A DNA stretch of 64,000 nt. It comes from Octopus sinensis. Taxonomy: Eukaryota. Shown in pieces: positions 37,101 through 49,100 of this stretch. The notes beneath the pieces were generated by a model. The model ran no database searches. It saw only the letters and a list, made by a program, of their open reading frames with translations, and was not told the origin of the DNA. The stretch spans positions 52,142,001-52,206,000 of the forward strand of contig NC_043006.1 of NCBI RefSeq assembly GCF_006345805.1, written 5' to 3'. The stretch's first letter is position 1. Each line of letters starts with the position of its first letter. The position numbers were made by a program, and so were the translations under genes.

Positions 37101-40100
37101 AAGGCCGAGGGTGTCTTGGCATCACTCAGCAAGACTTTTGTTAGCCGCTCTCCAGCCATCTATTTAAAACTGTATACAGCTATTGTACGACCACACTTGG
37201 AATTCGCATCATCAGTTTGGAATCCCTATCTTGCTCAGAACATTGACCTCCTGGAATCTGTCCAGAGACGTGCAACCAAACGCATACCCTCCATCAGACA
37301 CCTACCATATTCTGAGCGCCTTGTTTCCCTGGGCATGGTTTCACTGAAGCTCCGGCGTCTGGCGACGGACTTGGTAAATACCCACAAGGTTATCAACCAC
37401 CTCACCAACAACAACACTGAACACCTTTTTGATCTCCATGTGTCTAACACACGTGGACATGCCTACAAAGTCAGAAAACAACACAGCTCCCATGACTTTC
37501 GGAAACATTTTTTCACGCTCAGAGTTGCTGAAGCATGGAATAAACTGCCTGCGTCAGTTGTTGACTGCCATGACACTGCATCCTTTAAGGCCCTCATGCT
37601 TTCCGAAATCCGCCGAAACTACACCTGATTATATATACACTTTAGATGAGTTGTAGTGCACCTGAGCACTGTACACAATTATTATTATTATTATATCTAC
37701 TTTTAAATCTGTTCTGTTCAAGATTTGTTCTTTTGTTCAACCAAAAAGAAAAAACATCACATTGTAAGTGTATGAATCGTAAGAAAACCCCCAAAACTTA
37801 CCTTCAGAACATAAATTGGCAGCTATTTCTACAGCTAACTGTTGTGCCTTGAGGAAAGTTTCAGCATTTGCTATAATCTTATTGATCTCTGTGGTCTATG
37901 AAACAATATTATAATAGTTGAAATTACACTCAAATTATTAAGTAGACAAAAAAAAATCTAATAGGTGTTTTATTAATATATTGATACATATAAAATTAAA
38001 GTAAAAAATTAATGCCTTAAGCAACATCATCATCATTGTTTAACATTTACTTTTCCATGCTTGAATGGATCAGACAGAATTTTGTTGATGTAGATTTTCT
38101 ACAGCTAGCTGCCCTTCCTGTTGTCAATCCTCACGTGTTTCTAGGTGAGGTAATATCTCCCCATGGTTAGACATGCTTTTCACAAAATAAACAAACAGCA
38201 TGGCTTATATGATAATAATGTTTGTTTGTAACCACTATGTGATGTCAAGACAAGGCTACACATATAAACACATATATATTAAGGTGGAGCGAAAAATGCA
38301 ACTTTTGAAATTGGTAACCAAGAATTGATATTTTGTTGTGAATTAGGGTTAAAACAAAGGTGTGTAAAGAATTTTGTGGTTAACTACTTTTTCAGGCTTT
38401 GCAATGCAATTGAAAATTTGTTAAATTGACATTTTTGGTCGAATTTTGGATTTCATGGATTATAAATCATAATGAATACATATTTCTACATAGGCACAGG
38501 AGTGGCTGTGTGGTAAGTAGCTTGCTTATGAACCACATGGTTCCAGGTTCAGTCCCACTGCGTGGCACCTTGGGCATGTGTCTTCCACTATAGCTTCGGG
38601 TCAACCAAAGCCTTGTGAGTGGATTTGGTAGACGGAATACTACATGACTGGGAAGCAAGCTTCTTAACCACACAGCTACGCCTATGCCTTCTCTAATTAA
38701 CAAGCAGTCACATATACACCCGTTATCTATCACCACTTTGCATCCAGCAAGAATCATCAATATCTACCCAGATATACCTGTGTGAAGCATCTCTGAATCA
38801 CTCTCTTTACTCTGGCCTACAGGAGATACCTGTCTGTATTCCAATACTCCTGCAATATTTCTTTTTCCAAATCCCACACAAAACACTTTGTTCAATCCTC
38901 CTGCCTCACAGCTGCAACCGTCTGGAACACTATTTCTGCAAATATTCAAACTGAACACCAACCACATCACCGTCACCAGTCTAGACTATGGCTTGTAGAG
39001 GTCATGACAGCCACTAACCCTCCTTCTTAGCAACATAATTAAGCTCAAAACAGTTGCTATATAGCATGACCAAATAGACCAATGTAAGTAGTCAACTGAA
39101 CCACTAGGTGCAATCTTAGGACTGATAGCTCCAGATATGCCATGGGATGCAGTGTTGCATTCTTGTCCTGTTTGACTCTATATGTTTGTAAATTAAGGTG
39201 GTGCCCACAACAAGGATAATCTACTGAATTCAATTCAAAAGAAACAACTACCATAAATCCTCGAGTATAGACCGCCCTTGAGTATAATATGCAGGGGATT
39301 TTTAGGGGGCTGTACCTTTGAAAAACCTAAACCTTGTGTATAATTTTGACCTTTAAATTTTAGGAAAAAGGTGCGGATTATACTCGAGGATTTACAGTAC
39401 TTCTCATCACTTACTGGTGCTGTGCAGTCCAGCACACTGATGCTATTGCTGCAGCTGCCAATCTTATTATATATTTATATATGATATATATTTACAAGGC
39501 AACCTCTATATGGTTACCTAAATTGCGAGAAATAGTAACAAACTTCTTCAAACATAATCTTAACGTCTTAAAACTGGATAAGTATACGCAAAACTACAAA
39601 TTTCATGCTTCGAAATCAAGGGCAGTAACTCTCTTATTTTAATTTAAAGATTTATAAACCTTAGTATTCTCGCGATCAGACTTGCTGTTTATAGTTCATG
39701 GCTACAAATAAATATGCATGTTGTTCATTTACTGTATATTAAGACATAACAAAATGAAATATAACACTATGGTGCATCACTATTAAATATTTCTAAACAT
39801 TCAGTTATACTCATATACTGTTTACTTTCCAGACATTACTGCATATGCTTTATAGGTACTTTTTGACAAGTTGTGGTGCACCTGAGCACTGTATACAATA
39901 ATTTCATCATTATTATTATTATAATGATTATAACTTTTACAAATACTCAAGACATTATTAGCCTTATGTGGGTGAAGACGTTCTTTAGCCTGGGATGCTG
40001 GTGTTTCTCTTTTCCCTACCCACTGTCTTTGACACTTGACATTTTTATAGAAAACCCATTTCTCATCACCTGTCACTATCCAGTCCAAAAAAGGTTCAGT

Positions 40101-43100
40101 CATAAGAATATGACAGCAAAAGAGAACACACATTCACTCTCTGCACGTGAAAGTTTGAGAGGAACCCATTGATCCAATTTGCTGATCTGTCCGATGGTCT
40201 GTGGGTGTTGATGAATGGTTGAATGACCAAATCTAAGCTTCTCTGCTAGTTCCTCAAAAGTTACGATAGGATTTTGTTCCACCAGAGTTTGCAGGACGTC
40301 CTTGTTGAGTTCTACAGATCTTCCAGAATGAGACTTGTCTTCTAGGCAGCAATTTCAAGCTAAGAATTTCTGGAACCACCGTTAACACTGGCTTATTGTC
40401 TGATCCCCATACACTGCATTAATATTCCTGGCACTTTCTGTTACATTGTTGCCTTTATTCAACTCATAAAGCAAAATATGCCAAATATACCCCTTTGTCA
40501 CTTCCATTATAGCTTTGAAAAAATAACTGTTAAAATCGAAACTGCACTAACAATAAGGACAAGGTAAAATTACTACCTGCTTTTATAGCAAGTTGATGCA
40601 GATAGTTTATCCCATCCCCCTCCAACTTTTAGTTCATGCAATTGAAAAAAACCCCACATTATTTATGGGATGACCCAATATTTTATAGAGTGTACTGGGT
40701 GCATTTTATCATGGAATAAACATTAGAGATCTATAAAGACTTCTAGTACACTTCTACTTAAATTGTATTGAGCAGCTACACATGCAATATAAAAAGTACA
40801 ACAAAGGTAACAATGACTTCATTAAAAAATAGAAGTATTTCTTATAAAATAAAAGTACTCTTTTTGTGCTGTCATGTCATTAGGTATCATCATCATAGTC
40901 GTCGTTGTTTAATGTCCGCTTTCCATGCTGGCATGGGTTGAATGGTCTGACTGAGGACCAGCAAGCCAGGAGGTTGCACCAGGCTCCAATCTGATCTGGC
41001 GAGCTTTCTACAGCTGGATGTTCTTCCTAACGCCAACCACTCTGAGAGTGTAGTGGGTGCTCTTTACATGCCACTTGAATGGTGCTTTTTACATGCCACT
41101 AGCACAGGAGCCAGTCGGGCAGCACTATATGTTGGGCTCAAAACTTGGAACACCCCGGATATATATATATATATATATAAAACATATATATACATATATA
41201 TATATATTAAACATATATACATATATACATATATATATATATATGTATATATATATAAAACAGTCTAAGATATCTTTTCTACATTTTGCATTATAAATCT
41301 TGAATAATTAATCTCACCTTGTCAACTGTTGGTTCTACCTTTTCAGTTGTTCCATTTGTCTGCAATTCATATATAAAGTAATATAACAAACCTTTACTTT
41401 TAGTAATAAACTTGAACTGAAATGTTTATTATATTCTCAAATAAAATCTGCTAAAAGATATTATTTGAAGAACTGATTCAAGAGTTCTGTTCTATAGTGA
41501 ACTCTTGAATTACTACATAATAAACTAAATGAATGTTAAAATATTATTATTATTATTATTTCGAAGCTTATTTAAGAATAACAATGGAATTTATACTGAT
41601 GGATAATTCAATACAGACAACAGAGTAAGTTAATTCTAAACTACATGTTCACTTGGACTTTATGACAATGAACTAAGTGTCTATCTTCTAGCTTAAAATC
41701 AAGACTATATTAAGCCTTAAAAGGCTACATCTCTGAATAAGGTGATGTGCTGCAGATTTATACAACTCATTTCGCTATAGAAAAAACAAAGTAATATTTC
41801 AATCAAAAATGATGATAAAAATAAAAGACTAAATGATTTTCCTTTCTGTTTGCTTCGCAGGTTTAGCCAACTTCTTTGAAGTCACAGCAGAACAATTTCC
41901 ATCTAGTGTCAGGTGGCTGTTGTCATTTTAAACTTAGATCTGCATTGATTAAGTAAACCATTGATCAAAGATATTCCAGTCGTGATTCTATTTATTTTTT
42001 TCATTTATACCTTTGACCACAATGTCTGTGTCATTTCATTTTTTTAAGATAGTAGCATGTGATATGAGGGTGATTCAGCTGTTATTTCTTGCATGAGTGA
42101 CCTTATACATGCTTTCTTGAAGGTCAGCCAACTAAGTTACCAAGTATTTTGCTTCACATTACTTTTATTTTTATTAATTTATAATTTCTTTTTGTAATTT
42201 GACTCTTATCAACAGATACTGCAGTAAGTCACTTAAAATTAGAATGTTAAAAATAGCTATTGTTGTTTGTAGTGAGACATTAGCAAAGCTTTAGGCAAGG
42301 TATTGTACATACTTTGGCAGCTAAAATGTAAGAAAACAAAGAGAATGAATCCTCTACACATTGAACCAACTGGAAATCTGAGTTTACAGAGGCAACATAA
42401 AATTATCATAAATGTGAAGCAATACCTACAAAAACTTTTCCAGTCAACAAAAAAAATGTTATAATGAGATCGAGTGAAGACAGTAGCTGAACAGATATCA
42501 AATTACCATTTAATATTGTGAATTCTTACTGACTGTTCACATGTAGTCTCTCATCTTTCAATAGTACACTTAATTCTACATTACATTATTAGAAATGAGA
42601 AACAAGTTTATTCGGAAAAGTTGCCTTGCAATAAACTAGCGTGTTATCCAAAAAGGAATTTGTCACTTATTTAATACCAGAAAAACCAGATAAAAGTGTT
42701 GACTGTATGAATTTAGACTAGTTTATGACAGCTTGTTTTATAATAAATTAAAATCAATTACTGTATATAATTAGACAAACCTCATCATCACACTAAACTC
42801 AAAAACCAACATCCAGTTTATTTGAGGATAGTGTGGACTGGATGGATTTGCAGTATAAGATAATTTTATTCTTCACAGTCCTCTGACATGATTATGATGT
42901 TCAACAATTTCAGATTGAACCTTGGCTCATCTCTATCCCATGCAACCTTAATTATCACTTCATGAGAACTAATATATATATGGTAAGTAATAGATACATT
43001 AATACACATACAAGGCAATTAATACACACATGAGGAAGTAATAGACACATGATAGCAACAAGGTAGAGTGATGATCAATACCACTATTCAGTATAATGGA

Positions 43101-46100
43101 TGTTTTAACATTCATTTACTTCACATTGCCATAGCTTGCACTCGTGAACTGATTCAAATATATACATAACAACATTTCTTACAAGCAATATTAGTAAAAA
43201 TTACCATTCTCACACACAGAACCTACTACACGTAATACAAAATATTTTTAGAAACTGACAAAGCCATATTGAAAGAATTCTTACTTGGTTGTTAACATCT
43301 AACATCTCTATTCCTGCTTCAGATGTAGTACCATTAGACTGTAAATACAAATAAAAAAAATATTAGTACAGGGAGAAATATTTCTTTAAAATATTATCTA
43401 AGTGAAATTAGAATTGAAAGATTTACAAAGAAGGTGAATTAATAAGGTTTCAAATTGTTCTTAGAAATTCAAAATATACTTATTAATTATAGGTTTTGTG
43501 GAGGCGCAATGGCCCAGTGGTTAGGGCAGCAGACTCATGGTTGGAGGATAACGGTTTCAATTTCCAGACAGGGCATTGTGTGTGTTTACTGAGCGAAAAC
43601 ACCTAAAGCTCCACGAGGCTCCGGCAGGGGGTGGTGGCAACTTCTGCTGTACTTTTTCGCCCCAACCCTCTCTTACTCTCTTTTCCTGTTTCTTGAGTAA
43701 CACTGCGATGGACTGGCATCCGGTCCAGCTGGGGGGAACACATACGCCACAGAAACCAGGAAACCGGGCCCATGAGCCTGGCTAGGCTTGAAAAGGGCAC
43801 ATAAATAAATAAAATACAATTGTAGGTTTTAAATTGTGGTACAAGGCTAGCAAATTCAGGAGTGGGGGTAAGTTAATTACATTCTGACCCAGAGTTCAAC
43901 TGATAATAATTTTATCAGCCCCAAAAGGATGAAAGGCAAAATCAACCTCAGCGGAATTTGAACTTAGGACATAAAGATGGATGGAATGCCGCAAAGCATT
44001 TTGTCCAGCATGCTCACAATTCTGCCAGCTTGTCGCCTTTACTTATTAATTATTAACACATATCATTGACAACTGCTTAATGAGTGCTTTTTACATGGCA
44101 TCATTACCAATGCTTTTTGTGTGGCACCAGCACCAGTGCTTTTTACATGGCTCCAGAAAACAATCTCAGGAGGAAGTGCCAAACATCTCAACCAATATCA
44201 ATATCTATAGTTTACTAGCCGTATCGCCCGGCGTTGCTCGGGTTTGTAAGGGAAATAACTATAAAGCATTTTTAGAGAGTTATAGCCAAAAGATAGCAAA
44301 AAAATGGGAAAAAAATGATGGTAAATTTTTTTTGAGAGTTAAAAAGGTCGAGTTGCGTCCCCTAGACCATCTGTGGTTTGTGTTTCTGATTGTCGACCCC
44401 ATGTCGAATTTATCGATCTTTTTCAGAACTGGGGGAACTTTTCAAAATTTTCGCTGCATTAGTTTTGAATTATGACATTGGGCTTATGTGTGTGTCAAGT
44501 TTCATCAGAATCGGTTGAAAGCCGTGGTCAGAGTGAGGGTACAACCTAACAGACACACAGACACGCACACAGACAAACTGCCGTTTATATAGAGAGAAAT
44601 TATATTATTTAAGAAAATAACATAAAACCACAGTACTTCTGATACTGGATTTTAAATGTTTCTCCAGACTAGTATCTGAGGAAATTGTTTTACCAGTTGG
44701 ATGGCTTTGCCTCATTGTTCAACATTTAACTATGAATTGGATACTGAACTCGTTGTAAGTGTAGAACAGTGACATAAGTAGAACTGAATGTTATCCCAAA
44801 AGCACAACAGAAGAATCATCCGAGAATAGAAAACATATATAGAGAAAGAGAGTCATTTACTAAACTTTATCTTATCAGATACATCCATGAGTGGGTGCTA
44901 TGACAAACTAAATTCAGGAAAAGAGCTTCTCCAAGTTATATTCAATATATTTCTTTACTACCCACAAGGGGCTAAACACAGAGGGGACAAACAAGGACAG
45001 ACAAGCGGATTAAGTCGATTACATTGACCCCAGTGCGAAACTGGTACTTAATTTATCGACCCCGAAAGGATGAAAGGCAAAGTCAACCTCGGTGGAATTT
45101 GAACTCAGAATGTAATGGCAGACGAAATACGGCTACGCATTTTGCCTGGCATGCTAACGTCTCTGCCAGCTCAATTTTTTTTTTGCTCAGATTTTAAATT
45201 GTCAACAGATACCAAAACTAAATGGCATAAGTGCTGATGACGAAAAATAATACAACATCACGGCATTGATATATAGTTATATTCAATATATTACATGACT
45301 GCAGCACTGCAAATCAAAAGAACGCTCATCGTTACAAAGTGCTCCCACTGCTTATAGAAGAAATATTGTTAAATATTTGTCTGGCAGGTAAAGAATTCCG
45401 CCATCTCACTGCCTTAATAGAATTCTTTCTAAGATAAGCACAAGGTCTGAAATCTTGGGGGAGAGGACTAGTCGATTACATTAACCTCAGTTGCTCAACT
45501 GGTGCTTATTTTTTCAACACTGAAAGGATGAAAGACAAAGTTGACTGTGACAAAGATTTATGAAACGCCACTAAGCATTTTGTTCACCATGCTAACAATT
45601 CTGTCAGCTTGCCACCTTAATAGCATGAGAGAATACTACGTAATACTGGTTATTTTGCAAACACATATTTTTCAGTACTCAAAAACCTCACACATTGAAA
45701 TTATAGCTTTCGCTACAGGAAAAATTTTGTAGATATCTCCTACTCTGGTATAGGGAACATTTTCATAGATCTATGCTAGTCTATCAGTAATGATTCATTA
45801 TAATATTCAAAGGAATGATAGAAACGTTATTGAATGTAACAAAGTAGATCTAGTATAGGCTTGGGTATTGGTATTACACACTGAAAAGAGTGCAGGTGAA
45901 GGGAGATTATCAAGTACACTAACCTAATTTTGGTCAATCAAAACATGACCATTTGAATGCTTCGTAATATAATATTATGTTTGTATTGTAAAAGATACAA
46001 AATAATGAGATAATTTAAGATTAGAAATATTCAATGCAAAAAATATTTATGTTTTTGCTTCTGTCTTTTATATCATATTTTTGTAATGCACTTTTAATTG

Positions 46101-49100
46101 TTTTTTTTTTAAGTACATATATAAAGATGCAGGTACCAGTTAGATCTTTGTCTGAGAGCTAAATTAACCCATGGCATCTTATACAGCTTGACAGACAAAG
46201 CTATTGAAATGATATTTACCTTGACCATGGATATATGGACCATAGAACAATCAATTCAATATGCTAATTAGTTCAGCCAGTTGCCACCATCATAACAACA
46301 TTACAAATATAAAAACAAAAATGTCTCAAAAGTAGATTAGACCAATAAGTTAATGTAATGAAACAACTGGTGGAGTATGTGGAAAGCTTAATACAGAATT
46401 ACTAATGAAGATGAGGAGAGAAAACTTACCACTTCAGCCATGGGCATCATTGCTTCATCTAACACATCAGTTACCTACAATCAAAACAAAATTACAATTA
46501 CTGACATCAAACATAGCAGTTCTACACACACATGTATGTATGTATATATATATATATATATGTATATATAGAGAGGGGGAGAATTCACAAAAAAACAAAA
46601 GATGAAGACAGGTGGTGTAGACAACAAACAGATGTAGTAGTATAACGCTTGGGAAGTGGAAAAGTCTTTAACGTTTCGAGTCTACGCACTTCCAGAGAAA
46701 GGGACACAGAAAGAAACAAGGAGAGAAAATTATATATATATACACACACACACACCAATTCTCCTATTCAATGTGAGGGTATATCCTGACACATCTTCAC
46801 CACCATTCTTCTTGTCTTCTAACTGGGGCAACCATGTATATCCCTGACAGCAAAACATCTGTTCCTGTCCCCTTATCATACTTCAATATCTCATCACCTG
46901 CGGGTGGCACGTAAAAAGCACCCACTACACTCACGGAGTGGTTGGCGTTAGGAAGGGCATCCAGCCGTAGAAACACTGCCAGATTTGACTGGGCCTGATG
47001 AAGCCTTCTGGCTTCACAGACCCCAGTAGAACCGTCCAACCCATGCTAGCATGGAAAGCGGACGCTAAACGATGATGATGATGATGATGATGAGATAAAG
47101 TCATCTCATTCAATACTACTCAACCCTCCACCCCTCAGGTGAGGCATCCTGTCTGGCAAATTACTTGGTACCATGTAAAAAGCAACCAGAACACTCTGTA
47201 AATTGGTTGGCATTAGGAAGGGCATCCAGATTTAAAAACAATGCCAAAGCAGACACTGGAGCCAGCTGCTGTCGAACCGTCCAACCCATGCCAGCATAGA
47301 AAATGCATGTATGATGATTATGAAGATGATGATGATATATAGTTAATCCTTTCAAATCTATCACATCGTCTAAACACTGTTTAATTTTATACTCCTGTGA
47401 TGCTTGTTTCCATTTAACAAACAGAGAATTACAGGCGTGGTAGCTGCCATCAGTAAAGTTAACTACATTAACAGAGTAAATAATTTTGTGCAAATAATCT
47501 TGTACAATGGCAGTATTTAGACTGAAAATGTTAGAGTCGAACAGTCCAGTATTTAATACCTCAACTGTTGATACTTTCAATAAAGTCTCCAGAGATAAAC
47601 ACTAACAACAGCCAAGCCAATGAGGAAACATCCATGTTGCCACTCAACCTGCAAGAAAGAGCAATCAAATTTCCCTCAAAATAGCATGCTACTATTTTAA
47701 AACAGCAAGAACATATTGGATTGTAGTATGAGATGCTTGTGACTGAAATACTTTTAATCACCTAGAGCTCAACAACAACAACCACCACCACCAGCTTTAT
47801 AGACAGACAGTAAATGAGATAAACTATAAAGAAACTTGTCGGCAGCAGCTTCATCTCATATCCAAGAATTTAATTTCTTCACTGATTGCTTCCTTTACGG
47901 TGAGAGACTAAGTAGACCAATTCTTACATTGAAGAGTCGATGGCATTGACTGCATGATAATAATAATGAAATAATTGCATACAGTGCTCAGGTGCACCAC
48001 AACTTGTCAAAAGTGTGTATAAAGCATATGCAGTAATGTACAAATGTCTGGGAAGTGAACAGTGTATGAGTCAGATACATGCTTGCATATGTATGGAGAG
48101 GAGAAAATCAGGTTAGTGTTGGCAAATCTCAGGAAGCATGGAAGTTTTGAAGGATGCAGTGCTCCAACAACTAACAGCTGATGCCAGCAGTTTGTTCCAT
48201 ACTTCAGCAACTCTTAGCATGAAAAAATGTTTCAGAAAGTCATGGGAGCTGTGCTGATTCCTGACTTTTTAAACATGCCCACGGGTGTTTGACAGGTGGA
48301 GTTTGAAAAGGTGCTTAGAGTCATTGTTAGTAAGATGGTTAATAATTTTATGGGTGTCTGCCAAGTCAGCTGCCAGACGGCAGAGTTTCAATGTATCCAT
48401 GTCCAGGGAAGTAAGGCGTTCAGAATATGGCAAATGCCTGATGGAGGGTATTCTCTTGGTTGCACGTTACTGAATGGTTTCCAGACATTTAATATCCTGG
48501 GCAAGATAGGGGTTCCAGACCGGTGATGCAAATTCCAGGTGAGGCCGGACCATGGCTATATAAATCCTCAGATAGATAGCCGGAGAGCAGCTCACAAAGG
48601 ACTTGGTAAGTGTTGCCTAGACTCCCTCAGCCTTCTTGGCAATTTTACCAATGTGTTTTGTCCAATGCAAATTGCTGTCAACAATAATGCCCAGGTCATG
48701 TTCACAAGAAAACAATTTGAGATTAGTGTTGTGGAGGGAGTAAGTAGACGCTGGGATTTTCCTCCCCAAATGCATGGTGGTGAAGGATGAGTTTGATTTT
48801 GTTGAGCCTTTCTCTCCTGTTGTTTGATTTCTTACTTTTCTCTTCTGATGGCTTCAAAGATTTCAGTTCCAATGATGATGAAATACCACCTGTTGGTATG
48901 TCTCAGGCTTGGGTTTCAAATGATTTAGGCTCAAGTCCAGTGACTTTCAGTGTTATTTTGAGTTGGTTCTTGTATCTACAAAGGTGAGCTCACTGACTAA
49001 GACTTAACATAAAATCTTTGACTCTTCCATTCTCACTACATGCCCTGACCATTGAAGATAGTGTTCAAAGTCCTATAAAGAAACTACATCGATATTAAAC

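Noticed and set aside
39414-39463. Minus-strand segment reading LAAAAIASVCWTAQH with a gtaagt donor
   Set aside because: Poor acceptor, phase incompatible with the phase-0 intron between w8 and w9, and no place for it in the HEATR3 alignment.
42530-42575. Second gtaagaattc donor identical to that of w7, suggesting another microexon
   Set aside because: The candidate is 46 nt (not a multiple of 3) with an immediate stop in phase 0.
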